A stretch of 64,000 nucleotides of DNA, from positions 72,106,001-72,170,000 of the forward strand of contig OX597833.1 in NCBI GenBank assembly GCA_951406725.2. The letters run 5' to 3'. Source of the DNA: Octopus vulgaris. Its lineage: Eukaryota. This document shows, in pieces, positions 24,750 to 37,865 of the stretch. The position numbers and the translations under genes are program-made. The notes below the pieces were generated by a model. That model was not told where the DNA came from, made no database searches, and saw only the letters and a list, made by a program, of their open reading frames with translations. Every line of letters starts with the position of its first letter. The stretch's first letter is position 1.

Positions 24750-25463
24750 TACACACACACATGCATACATACATACATACACACATACATACATACATAC
24801 ATACATACACACATACATACATACATACCTACGTTAGTACATACTTACATGCACACATACATACATACGTACATACTTACATACATGCACACACACATAC
24901 ATACATACACACATACATACATAGATACATACACACATGCACAGACACATACATACATACATACACACATACATACATGCATACATACATGCACACATAC
25001 ATACGTACACACATGCATTCGTACATACATACATACATGCATACATACATGCATACATACACACATACATGCACACATACACACATACATGCACACATAC
25101 ATACATGCATACATACATGCACACACACATACATGCATACACACATACATACATACATGCATACATACATGCATACACACATACATACATGCACACACAC
25201 ACACGTGCATACATACATACATGCACAACACATGCATACACACATACATGTATACATACATACACACATACATGCACACATACATACACATACATGCATA
25301 CACACATATACATGCACACATACACATGCATGCACACACACATACACACATACATACATGCATGCATACATACACACATACATACATGCACACATACATG
25401 CACACACACACACACACATACATACACACATGCACACACACACACACACATACATACATACAT
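24750..25463. repeat. about 710-bp degenerate (CATA)/(CA)/(CATG) microsatellite
   Basis: Directly visible; source of the HTYI/MYVC pseudo-ORFs. Confidence 0.95.
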
Positions 25464-26180
25464 AACACAACTTGCCTGAACATCCAGTACGCCTGTAGGT
25501 GAAACTGAGTTTCGTTTGTAGGTATTGATGGGCTTTGCTCATTTGTAGTTTTCTGGGCATAGCATGTGAAAGCCTGGTGAAAGAGGTAAATCAGGAGATA
25601 TGAAAGAGGGAAAGTAAAGCGAAGATAGGGGAAGGAAAGTGATGGAAAGAAAATGAAAAAGAAAGGAGAGTAAAAGAAAGAAAAAGTGGGAGGAAGAAGA
25701 AAAAGGAAAATGAAAGAAAGAAAAGGGGAAAAGTAGAAAAGAAAAGGAAAAGAGAGAGAGGGAGAGAAGAAGAAGAAAAGTAGAAAAAGAAGAAACAGGT
25801 TATTGGAGCATACAGTTTGGATAGAAAATTATATATAACTGCAAACACCATCAATTTTCCATTCACCGTTTGTCTGAAAATCCTATATGCCTAGAGGAGG
25901 CTGACTCGACCAAATTAAAATATCACTAATCTCTACCCTAGTATTGAGTACGCTCTTCTCCGAAAGTTAATAACAAACGGGTGTGTGTGTGTAGGCTGCA
26001 GATTGATCGAGTATAACCACCTTTTGTACAAACAATACAGATTATAGCACTTATCTATTTTATTGTCATACCCTCTCCCTCCCTCGCCTCCACACTCGCA
26101 CACACACATACAAACACACACACATATAATATCCCTCCCCCTCGCTCTCTTTCTAATGCCCGTGCACACACATCCCGGTT

Positions 26181-27121
26181 GGATCTTTTCCCTTTGAATG
26201 GCAGTTTTCAGCACAATTTCTAGTTAACTAAACACTTTTAAACTTCGTTTTCTGGTAGAATGTGACAAAATAAAACATTTTTTCCTCTTGGCTTTCTTGA
26301 GAAAATTGTAATTTGTAAGTTTAACGTAGTTTAATTTTTTGAATTTTAACCAATCAATGGCCTCTATTGAGCTAAAATCATTTGCTGCGTCTAAAACAGA
26401 CAACATCCTGTCACTAACCCTAACCCTAAATTTTAGCCTTTCGTTTTTTTTTTCTTAATTGTTAAATTAATTTAATTGTTACGCATGTGTCTAAAATTAT
26501 TTGTTTTGTTTTTGTTTTGAGTTTTTGCTTTCGTTTTTTTTTTCTTAATTGTTAAATTAAAATTATTTTCCATTGCTTTCGTTTTTTTTTTCTTAAATGT
26601 TATCCTTAAATCAATTTAACAATTAAGAAAAAAAAAAACGAAAGGCTAAAATTTAGGGTTTGGGTGAGGGTTAGGGTTAGTGACAGGATGTCTGTTTTAG
26701 ACACAGCAAATGATTTTAGCTCAATAGAGGCCATAGGATTTTTCGTTTTAGCCTTCCGTTTATTTTTTTCTTAATTGTTAAATTAAAATTATTTTCCATT
26801 GCTTTCGTTTTTTTTTTACTTAATTGTTATCCTTAAATTAATTTAACAATTAAGAAAAAAAAAAACGAAAGGCTAAAATTTAGGGTTAGTGACAGGATAT
26901 TGTTTGTTTTAGACGCAGCAAATGATTTTAGCTCAATAGAGGCCATTGATTGGTTAAAATTCAAAAAAATAAACTACGTTAAACTTACAAATTACAATTT
27001 TCTCAAGAAAGCCAAGAGAAAAAAATGTTTTATTTTGACACATTCTACCAGTATACAAAGTTTAAAGTGTTTAGTTAACTAGAAATTGTGTTGAAAACTG
27101 CCGTTCAAAAGGAAAAGATCC
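26181..27121. mobile_element. non-autonomous foldback DNA transposon with long TIRs and telomere-like repeats (Merlin-like)
   Basis: GGATCTTTTCC...GGAAAAGATCC termini; inverted arms of more than 250 bp; flanks TCCCGGTT/TTGCGGTT (6/8, possible TSD); right half repeated at 36304-36573. Confidence 0.8.
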
Positions 27122-28268
27122 TTGCGGTTTTGTTCTTAGAGTTACGAGAACCACAGGCTGCCCTTGTAGCCAGTTTTAGCTTTTGTCACTGACCCACTTC
27201 TTCGTTTATGCTGTACTTCTGTAATAGATATAAATGGATTGAATGAAAAATTGAGTGTTAATGTGCAGGCCGGGTGCCTAGGCTACTAAGATCAATTACA
27301 CCAGTGCAACTGTATGTTGGTTAGAAAGAAGTACCGAAGGTCACCAGGAATGTAATTGAAGCAGTGGCGATAGGTATAAATGACAAGAAAAAAACAACGA
27401 TTAAAATAGCTTTTAGTTACCGTCACAGTATACAACTACTTCGAGTTGTTAATGCATAAAGACTTTCTGTTGCTGGTGTAGATAGCTGTGGTCATTTGAG
27501 GAAAGAAAACAGGTAAGTACCGGATAGAAAGAGAGAAAGAATTCTGTTAGGGTTCCGTATTTTTAATAATTTCCTTAGGAAAGTAGGTCAAGAGAACAAG
27601 GTTATTTCATCATTTTTCTAATTTGAACTGATCTTGATCCAAGAATGTCAAGAGGTTAACAGATGACTCATAAATTTTGAAGTGCTTTTGACAGAAGAAT
27701 GGAAAGAAGTCAGCAGAAACATTTATGCTGCAGTTTCAATTCCTTGTTGGAAATCCAGGAACAAATCGTTTCACCAACGAACTAAAACTCTGAGATTACC
27801 CCTCTCCTCCAGGAGGTGAAGTAGAAGAAATTATGATTGACAGGTACTACGAATAAAAGTATTCTCGGAAAGTAATCAAGTTTATTGTTACACCCTTTCT
27901 AATCACCCGAGTTTTAATCGTCTATAGTGATGTGTGACACACTTTTTTGAGTAATTCTATACAATACGTACGGAAAGAAGAGGCAATGGGATAAGGCGTA
28001 AAGGCAAAGGGGCTGTGAGCCGATAATCAATGTCGTGAATCGCTGTAATACACAATAGTTTCCCTATTTACAAGATTGTACAGCGATTCCACGAGGAGCC
28101 GCAGTTCATTCTTAGGAGATGTAGACATGCCCCCGTTTGCTCTCACATGTTCCCTTTTTCTCTTCGTCTCACATTACCACCTCAATTGATTCCTTTTCTG
28201 CTTTGTTTATCTTCTCTTGGTGGCTTAGTCAACGGACTAAGGGTCAAAGCCTTCGTGATTAGTTAGAG

Positions 28269-28676
28269 CAGTGGTTCCCAAACTACTTTTCTCTGGGCCA
28301 TATTTTCAGAATGAAAATTTGTTGGCGCTTCACCAAAGGGCCAGGGCGAGCGTTGAAGGGAGATAACTGCGGATTCGAAGTCGGAATACTATCATTGATA
28401 ATTCTCTCCTCCAATTTGCGGACCCTAGTTACTATATTCTTAATACTTTATATAATGCAAAAATATCCCAATGATAAAATCGGTCAATAATTATTTATAA
28501 CTATTTATTCTGGGACTCATGCATGCAATTACAAGTAATCCATAATAATATTTAAAATTTTGAATTCATATCTATTTTTGACTTATGAATTTTTAAAACT
28601 CTTTCTAAATCTTTTGTTTTTCAATCATGCCGCCTCATCCGCTATCCTCTTCCGCCGCACCGGTTGGGAACCTCTG
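28269..28676. mobile_element. hAT (Charlie-like) MITE
   Basis: TIR CAGTGGTTCCCAA / TTGGGAACCTCTG; 8-bp TSD AGTTAGAG/AGTCAGAG. Confidence 0.8.
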
Positions 28677-29719
28677 AGTCAGAGGAGGTTTTCCGCAGAC
28701 TGGAGGCTTAACACAAATGCTTGCACCACTCAAGTACCAGATGGTGATAGTGAAACTACAGATAGATGAAGGGTCAAGTTTACCACTTAATAAATTTTGT
28801 ATATTTTTCCATTGAAAAGGGATGCGGATCAGTGTGCTGACAACTAGACTGATTAGTCTATGGTTTCATATTGACTTGGCAGGCGACATTCCTATTACTT
28901 TAATGCAAATATGTTGTTTAAATGAAATAAGTAAATATATCTTCTAGGCGTATGCTTCAGCTTCCGGTTTTCACTTAAAGATCTACTTTAGCTGGACGAC
29001 TTAGAACATTACTAGACTGTTAGCTTGCACGAGCTGTTGCCCACTTCTGTTTTACTAATTTTTAAAGATTTTTATTTTGTACGCTTATATATCTTACATT
29101 TAGTGCAAACATCAATTATTTTTTTCTTTTCGTGGGAGGAGTTAAAGTCTTATGGGGTGGGGTGGGGTTGTGACAATTGTAAGCCAGCTCCCCTCAGAAC
29201 GTGAGACCGATTCAGTTAATGTTTCTCTAGAATAGATGTAAGTTGACGGCTGCATGGAAAACATGGGCAAGAAGGAAATTCCAGAGGGTCCACGTTCTGA
29301 GAAGGAAGAAATTGGTGAAGTGGTGTAGGGTGTGGTGGGGAGGACACAGTTTTAGTGATGAGTGGACCAGAAACGAATGAAACAGCACGAGACCAGCTTG
29401 CTCTAAGGATCAGAAGCCACCATAGCTGCAGTAGAGAGAAAAGACGGTGTGTGAAAGTAGTGCTGGAATATGCTGGCTAGCGACTTTAAGCCAATCTGTT
29501 GGATTACCCTACTTGATGGAGGTGGAGTGCAGTCTAGGGTGTTTGTATGTTTAGCAGCAGCACTGTTCCAGGTGTGAGAGCAGAACTTCACTGTGAGTCT
29601 CACTTAAACTTTGTAGAAGATTAGTAGTTTGTTTTTTGTTATGGTATTTGAGTGGGTGGAGTATTTTCTGGTCCCAAAGAGGAAAGCTAATCTTAGGGAT
29701 ACAATCTTTGCAATGTTGA

Positions 29720-30400
29720 GTATTTGTTAACATATTTAATTAAGTGAAATTTAAAATCTCACTAGAAATAAATATGCAGAAGAAAAGAACGGTATTAGTG
29801 TATGGCCAACATCAGTCTAATTCATCAATATTTCAGCAAGTACAAGAGACACTCGTGACTGTTTCAATATTATTATGAACTCATTAGCGAAGCCTTTTTA
29901 GTGTTCCCGGTATTAAGTGTGTTAACATTAACTTATATTTATATGTCACAGAACAAATGCCATCAGTGAATATGAATACAAATCTCTAACATTGAAATGC
30001 AGAAACAAATTAGGATGAGGATGGGGCTGTAGTAGATTGAAGCAATACCAGTATTTGGTTGATAGTGCATTTTATGGAGCAGGAAAGAGATGTAGCTAAG
30101 TACTACAAGGCTTTTGTTGTTGTTGTCAAGGGATGATATTGGATTACGTTTTTCAATCAAAGAAGAACCTTTCTTGCAATATGGCGAGCAAAACTCGTCA
30201 TGTTGCCAAAAAAAAAAAGGGGTTTATGAGGCACTTTAATTTGTACGATATTAAATGACCGCTGAAACTGCCACTGAGGTTGCCAATAATTATCCTGAGG
30301 AGATGAAAGAAATTGTCGGGGGAGGTTATATTGCTTGTAACATAAAATATCCAAAGTTCCGACAGGTGAATCACACTGAAAATTCAAGGACCTTCAGAGG
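29720..30400 (-). mobile_element. possible highly degenerate Penelope-like RT/GIY-YIG remnant
   Basis: Weak motif resemblance only (RNPISSLD..NKSLVV); many stop codons. Confidence 0.3.
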
Positions 30401-30498
30401 CTACACTATGGTTTAATCTGATTGTGGTTTGGATGGCTACGAGCCTTCTCTTTTCTCCGGCCAATGAATCAAGGCCTGATAACTGACTTCTTAGATAC

Positions 30499-31460
30499 TA
30501 TAATAATAATAATAATGAAATTATTGTATACAGTGCTCAGGTGCACCACAACTTGTCAGAAAGTGCATATAAAGTACATGCAGTAATGTAGAAATGTCTG
30601 CAAAGCGAACAATGTATGAGTCAGATACATGCTTGTGTGTGTATGGAGGGGAGAAAATCAAGTGTAGTGTTGGCGAATCTCAGGAAGCATGGAAGTTTTG
30701 AAGGATGCAGTGCTCCGACAACTAACAACCGATGCCGGCAGTTTGTTCCATGCTTCAGCAACTCTCAGCGTGAAAAAATGTTTCCTAAAGTCATGGGAGG
30801 TGTGCTGTTTTCTTACTTTGTAAATATATCCACGGGTGTTAGATGGGTGGAGTTTGAAGAGGTGCTCAGAGTTATTGTTTGTGCGATGGTTGATAATTTT
30901 ATGGGTGTCTGCCAAGTCAGCTGCCAGACGTCGGAGTTTCAATGTGTCCATGCCCAGGGAAGTAAGGCGTTCAGGATATGGCAAATGCCTGATGGAGGGT
31001 ATTCTTTTGGTTGCACGTCGCTGAACAGCTTCCAGATGATTGATGTCCTGGGCAAGATAGGGGTTCCAGACCGGTGATGCAAATTCCAGGTGAGGTCTTA
31101 CCATAGCTATATAAAGCCGCAGATAGATAGCCGGAGAGTGGCTCACAAAGGATTTGGTGAGTGATGCCAAGACACCCTCAGCCTTCTTGACAATTTTAGC
31201 GATGTGTTTTGTCCAACGCAAATCACTGTTGACAATAACACCCAGGTCACGTTCACATGAAGACTTTTTGAGACTAGTGTTGTGGAGGGAGTAGGTGAAC
31301 GCTGGGTTTTCCTCCCAAAATGCATGGTCGTACATTTGTCCACAGCCAGCTTGAGTTGCCAGTCCATGATCCACTGCTGCATTGTGTCCAGGTCTGCTTG
31401 CAATAGAGATCTATAGTGTACAGGATTTGACCTCTTTATTTCGAGGTACAGCTTGATGTC
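30499..31460 (-). mobile_element. CR1/L2-clade LINE, 5'-truncated, (ATT)n tail
   Basis: ORF 30658-31374 contains ERDLGVIV, LYIAMVRPHLEFASPVWNPY, LEAVQRRATK and FFTLRVAEAWNKLP. Confidence 0.92.
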
Positions 31461-32043
31461 GAAAACCTTTGTACAGATCACGAAAGTAACTGATGAGGAG
31501 GATGAACCTGCAGTTAAGGACTTCAGTATTAAGTTCAGCATAATAAATTCTGAAGATAACATAGCCGAGTCATGGGCGGAAGTGAATCCTTCGCTTAATA
31601 TTGGTGCTTGGAAATGCATCACCAAACTGTGTCCGTGACTTTACAGGTTTTCCACAGAAAGTCTGCATCTTAAGTTCAGCAAAATATTGTGATTATGGCA
31701 AATGATATAGAATTCGAAGAAGTCATAGATGTTGTTGTAAGAACCTGTTGAAACCCCCGGGCCCTGGTACAGTGCCAGTAATTCTGTCCATCTCTCTCTT
31801 GTTAGATCACTCCACTTTCACCAAATTCACATCTCTGCCCACTCTCTCCAGTTAAACACATTTGTTCTTCATCTGTTCTCAATCCTTTCAATCATTCACT
31901 CACCACTTTTATCTTTTATCTCTATCTTATCCCTCTCTCTGTCTTCTTTCAATTTTCTTTCCTCTCTCTTTTCCGGTCTTTATCCTTTTCTATCTCCCTC
32001 TTCCACTCTTTTTCTCGCATTCTCTCACTGACCACTCAGTCTT

Positions 32044-32265
32044 TGAGCTGGCAGAAACGTTAGCGCCGCGGGCGAAATGTGTAGCCATATTGCGTCTGCC
32101 GTTACGTTCTGAGTTCAAATTCCGCCCAGGTCGACTTTGCCTTTCATCCTTTCGAGGACGATAAATTAAGTACCAGTTACACACTGGGGTCGATATAATC
32201 GACTTAATCCCTTTGTCCTTGTTTGTCCCCTCTGTGTTTAGTTCCTTGTGGGTAGAAAAGAAATA
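32044..32265 (+). mobile_element. SINE family A
   Basis: Matches 3789-4020; CpGs retained. Confidence 0.85.
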
Positions 32266-32269
32266 TATC

Positions 32270-32730
32270 TTGATCTTTCTATCTCCTTTCCGTTTTCTTT
32301 TTCCTGCTTTGCTTCTTTCTTCTTCCTTTCTCTCTTTCTTTATTCTTGTTCCGATCCATCTCTTTCTTTCTACTTCTTTTCTCTTTATTATCTTTCCTTT
32401 CACTTTCTTTGTCTTTCCTTCTAACCGATCTCCCCCTTTTCTCTCTCTCTCTCTCTCTCTCATCTGCTTTTCAGTTTCCTATTCTTTTTCCTATCTTTTC
32501 ATTCTTTTTTAACCAAATCTATTTACTTCACTCTTTCACCCTCCCTCCTCCTCCGCCTCCTCTTTTTATATTGCACTCTACTCCCCTTCTACCTAATTAT
32601 TTTAAGCCTTATCCACACCCTCCCACTTTTATTTATTGTTCTTCATTTCTTTCACTCTCTCCTCTCTCTTTTTCCCTCTTATCTCTCCTGTTCTCTTTCT
32701 ATCTGTCATTCACTCACACACTTCATGCTT
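32270..32730 (+). promoter_or_regulatory. putative TATA-less promoter/5' UTR of the ABCC gene (polypyrimidine tract; Inr-like TCATTC at 32706-32711)
   Basis: No AG acceptor within about 120 nt upstream of the ATG, so this looks like a first exon; the Inr match is inferred. Confidence 0.4.
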
Positions 32731-32775
32731 ATGGCGAGAGACAACTTTCAAGTATTCTGCGAATCGCCTCTATGG
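32731..32775 (+). CDS. ABCC1: ABCC1/MRP1-like ABC transporter, coding exon 1 (MARDNFQVFCESPLW; an in-frame ATG also occurs at 32725)
   Basis: FC...PLW followed by a gt donor in phase 0, like human ABCC1 exon 1 (MALRGFCSADGSDPLW); joins exon 2 in frame. Not shown in the ORF track. Confidence 0.8.
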
Positions 32776-32866
32776 GTAAATGTTATATAATTATTATCAT
32801 TTTTTGTTTTTTCCCTTCATTGACTTTAACGAAACTCCGAGTAGCTTTTAGGTATCTGTGTACCTG

Positions 32867-33054
<188 letters not shown>

Positions 33055-33638
33055 TTAATCTCAGTAGCTAGATTGTTTAGCTCTCGGCATGCATATTTTT
33101 CTGTCCCATCATCTAGCTATTTATATCTGACTAAATGTTTTAATTGTTGTATTTGTATACATTTCTGTGAGTTCGTTTCTCTGGATATCTTGTTAGGTTA
33201 TTTTGTATCTATCGATAATAATCCCGTACATTTTATTGTGTGCGTGTATTTGTCTGTGTATTTGCGTTTATATCTAATTGATCGGCTGATTATCATCGAG
33301 TAAACGAGGGAGTCACAAATGTGGTTGTTCGATTAATTAGAAATAACACTCAAATCGCCATATCGCAGTTTGCCGAAGAAACAACAAAACGATCGCGGTT
33401 GAAATGGTTTGGATCGTAGAGTCTGCTTGATCAGAGCTGTCCGAGTGTGTGTGCGTGCGCACTCACGAACACGCGTTAGAATCGGGAAGTCATAAATGTT
33501 GACTTCCCTTCCAGACAAGAGTAGAAAATATATTTATACACAAATATATAATGTGTGGGTACTTGTGTGTCGTCAGCCTATCGTATATCCGAAAAAGAAG
33601 CACGCTCTAATAAAATTACTTTTATATATATAAAAACG

Positions 33639-33885
33639 GAGGCGCAATGGCCTAGTGGTTAGAGCAGCGGACTCGCGGTCGTACGATCGCGGTTTCGATT
33701 CCCAGACCGGGCGTTGTGAGTGTTTATTGAGCGAAAACACCTAAAGCTCCACGAGGCTCCGGCAGGGGATGGGTGCTGTACTCTTTCGCCACAACTTTCT
33801 CTCACTCTTTCTTCTGTTGGCCTGCTCGCTTAGCCAGCGGGGTGGCGTCATTTGAAGGCTAAAACAATGCGTAACAACATCTGAT
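33639..33885 (+). mobile_element. young tRNA-derived SINE, family C
   Basis: A box TGGCCTAGTGG and B box GTTTCGATTCC followed by a non-tRNA body; a decayed relative lies at 12195-12420. Confidence 0.75.
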
Positions 33886-35164
33886 TTGCGAGAAAATGGG
33901 TATATATATACATGTGCGAGTCTTTTAAGGAAAAAGTAGAGTGGGTATATTATCCGAAATATTCAGTCGTTTCGAGTCTCAGGATTGTCATCGACTTGTC
34001 AAGATTCGTTCGTTAGTTTCCGTGTGCATGACAGCACGTGTTGTCAACTGTAAACACATGAAATATTATCACTAATGCGGTTTTTCCACGCACTTACATA
34101 TACATACTTCTTTTCTGTATGTATGTATGTGTGTGGAATGTAGATAAAAGCAATGTCGTATTTTCAGCTTGAGAAAAGCCTTGCATATTTGTTCTTACCT
34201 GTTTCATTTGTGTATGTATAATCCATGAGAAAACTAGATCAACATCGATAAAGTGGTATTATTTATAATAGTCCATGTGGGTTTCGGATAACCACCGAAG
34301 AGCCAAAATATTGCAACATGCATGGAGAAAAGGAACAAATACGCAAGGCTTTTCTCACGCTTAAAATGCGACATTGTTTTCGTTATTTACATTCCACATA
34401 AATACATAAAACAGAACACGCTCGCACACACACACTCGCACGCATGCGCGCGTGAACATATACACCCATTAGCTACCCCCACACACTTAAATACATAAGC
34501 ACACACACGTACACGCCCGCCTGCCTCTTCCAATTCGACAAGAATGTTTACAGTTAACAAGACAACATGTGCTTTCAAATCCTGTTTTCTGATTGGATAA
34601 AAATTTTTCAAATATACTGTCTCTCACCACAACACATACCCCTTCACACATATTGTACCCACCCCCCCGCACAGACACACCACACACACCACACGCTAAC
34701 ATAACCCCTTCCCCACGACTTTATCCTTTACAGAAAGAAAACAGACCAACGAACATAGCTATATACACCTACATCCCCCCCCCCTCGGAAAAAATCATGC
34801 ATATGACACCACTACACATACCACACACCCCATCCCCACAGGAGTAGCTCATTAATAGTACACACTTTGGCCACTTCAAGATTATTTTTGCCCGCTTCAC
34901 AGCATACCCGACCAAGGGACATAGCTCCTAAACTAATCCTGTGGCTCGTTTTGATCCACCACCTTTTTCACAGCAACCACCTCCGACACTAAGAGAGCAG
35001 TTGCCAAATTCTCTTCCATATCAGCTAACTCTGATGAGTGTTAGGTAATATAATCAGTTTGTTACCTAACACTCCATTGCATTCTTGATGTGAAACCAAT
35101 TGGTAAGCCCAGTCATGTTGGATATTCAGTGCTATACTTTTCGGATAATGTGTGTGTAGACATC

Positions 35165-35900
35165 CGTCAGTCTTGCAAGGCCATGGATCTGTGTCCGAAG
35201 AAATCTTGTTGGCTGCTGATGGTGGTGCAGTGTCTGTTGTGGCTGTACAGGCCTAGATGGAAGTGATAGTTACACATACAGCAACTACATTTGAAGGAGC
35301 TCTCTGCTGGCACTACTGGTTTTTCCTTGTCAAGTGCACTTTTCTTTGGTAGTGAGTTCTTGTTTTTTCTTCTGCTCTCTTCATCCCCTTTCGCAGTATT
35401 TGCCACCAGTAAGGGCGATCATTTGCAACTTCCTATCTCAGGATGTCCAGATCAAGCGACTTCATATCCTTCTTACAGACGTCCTTAAAATGAAGATGAA
35501 GTTGTCCTTGTGCTCTTGTGCTGGTGGTCAATTGCCCTTACAGGAAGTCTTTTGGGATCCTTCCATTTGGTATGTGATTTACATGACTGAGCCAGTGCAA
35601 ACAACGCTGCTGGAGCAGGGGGAATATGCTGGGTCTCTTCACTTGGTTGAGGACTTCGGTATTGATGGTGTGGGTGAACAACTTCATATCCAAGATGCAT
35701 TTCAAATTACTAAGGTGAAAGGTGTTGAGACACTGCTCCTGTCTGGAGTAGAGGCTCCACATCTCACTGTTGTAAGTTAATGTACTAAGGACACACGCCT
35801 TATAGACAGCAATCTTGGTGTTAGCAGCCAGTTTTTTGTTTACCCAGACTCTCTTTGTGAGCTGGACAATGTAGAGGATGCTTGTCCGATTCACCTGTTG
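35165..35900 (-). mobile_element. RTE (BovB-like) LINE 3' part
   Basis: TKIAVYKACVLSTL...LHWLSHV..IPNGRIPK, plus a C-terminal C2H2-like motif FKCSCC...GLYSHNRHC. Confidence 0.85.
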
Positions 35901-36303
35901 ATGGTGATGGTGGGGGATGCTTGATACTTTGGCCCATTACTTCTTCAGATTGATATATATATGTATGTATGTATGTATGTGTGTGTGTGTGTGTGTGTAT
36001 GTATTTATAAATAGAGTTCATAGATGAGATTCAAATGTTCTCAGTATAGAATACACTTAGTAGTGCTCAAGAGGTTTAAACTTGAGCAGGTTTAGAGGTA
36101 AATGTAGGGACAAACGATTTTGAATGGATCAATATATAAAGTATATCAAATACATGAACTACAAAAAATGTATATATGTATACATAGGAGTAAGCACATA
36201 AATGTGAAACAAGGTGGAAAAAAAAGAGTACTCAAATACCAGAGGTAGAGTAATATGCTTTATTGAAAGCAGCAGAAATATCACAAAACCAGTTACTCAG
36301 AGT

Positions 36304-36573
36304 AAGGCTAAAATTTAGGGTTAGGGTTAGTGACAGGATGTTGTCTCAGTTTTAGACGCAGCAAATGATTTTAGCTCAATAGAGGCCATAGGATTGGTTA
36401 AAATTCGAAAAATTACATACATTAAACTACGTTAAACTTACAAATTACAATTTTCTCAAGAAAGCCAAGAGAAAAAAGTTTTATTTTGACACATTCTACC
36501 AGTATACGAAGTTTAAAAGTGTTTAGTTAACTAGAAATTGTGCTGAAAATTGCCGTTCAAAAGGAAAAGATCC
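36304..36573. mobile_element. right arm of the foldback element seen at 26181-27121
   Basis: Nearly identical to 26868-27121, including TTAGGGTTAGGGTTAG. Confidence 0.85.
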
Positions 36574-37865
36574 AGCCTTCCTGTCGCTTTTCTAAAAGGA
36601 TCGTTATAACCGAACTGATACAGAAAAAGGTTTAGTTTTGCTAATCATAAAAACTAAAACTTTTTACGCATAAACGAATTCTTTTGCTTTTCTATTTTCT
36701 TTTGTTTTCTTTTTGTCTGCCTCATAAAGCTCAAAAATTGAGGTGTCGCGATTAACAGAACTTAAACGTGATCACTCGAAATGTTAGAAACAGCAGCCAA
36801 ACTTCCCTCAAACCATACATTACTGACCAAACTTATAAAAAATAAAGTAATTGGAAAATTATCTGATGTATTCTTCCTTGCCTTTTCTTTTTAATTTATT
36901 TTAAAGAAAAGAGAGTGATTAGGCTGTTATTTTTGACACATCGTACGAACTCGTGAAAGTAACATTCATCTGCAGATTGCTTTGCGATGATTATATAATC
37001 TGTGCTATGTAAAATTCTGTGTTAACGCAAACATAGGTGTACGAAATGATAGATTATTATTAAATACAAGCGGTAAGAACAAACATAACAAAACAAGAAC
37101 TTTTTGTTTTTTTTAATTTTCTTTCTTTCGAAATAGAATTTTAATTTCAGCTTAAGACATTGATAAAAGTGTTATACTGTTCGACCTTTTTCATTTTCAT
37201 TTTCCATAATGATAAACACACCCTTGCACTGACAGTTAATTTAACAGGCAAAAGTACATTTTCATTAAGCAAGTCTCATTGTCTCTTCTTCACTCTCTCC
37301 CTTCTCATTGTGGGAGTGGATGACCGATCTAACTCGGAAGCCTCTTGCATAATGTAGTCCTGGATACTTTTAAAAACAACAATGGTCTGCTTAATAGAGA
37401 TTGTTCTGGGACTTAGTAAAAACAACAAATAAGCATTCTTTCATAAAAATCTCTCCTCTTGATCTTTTTTATACGATTCACTGTATTGTAATAATTTCCT
37501 CCTACTCTCACGTAGTCCTCGTGCACGCACACATATTTATGCTCTTCAGCCCACACTACCAAATGTACTTTAGCCTTACATACACTCATGATACATTCTC
37601 TCGTGTACACCGAAGCAATTCCTTTTTTCTCTTCTTATACCGACACAACTTCTCAAGATACACATTCGTAAACATATTTATGCATCCATTAATATGTAGT
37701 CATTTAGTCTTACGAATAAATGAATATGTCTGTGTGTGTGTGCGCGCGTGCCTATCTATCTGTCCTGTCTGTGTGCAGCCCTGTGTGGCTAATAAAGAAA
37801 CATATCTATCTGTCTGTCTGTCTGTCTTCCTGTCTGTCTGTCTGTCTATCTATCTATCTTCTCAA

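Noticed and set aside
24719-25560. Six overlapping 180-255 aa ORFs (HTYI/MYVC repeats); similar ORFs at 2.0-3.4, 4.8-5.6, 22.3-22.7, 39.4-39.7 and 56.0-56.4 kb
   Set aside because: They are translations of stop-free microsatellites; no protein signal.
26410-26890. TTAGGG repeats as a chromosome end or fusion site
   Set aside because: Only 1-4 units per tract, and they are internal to a repeated TIR element.
33639-33715. tRNA-like sequence
   Set aside because: No proper acceptor stem or terminator; it continues into a SINE body.
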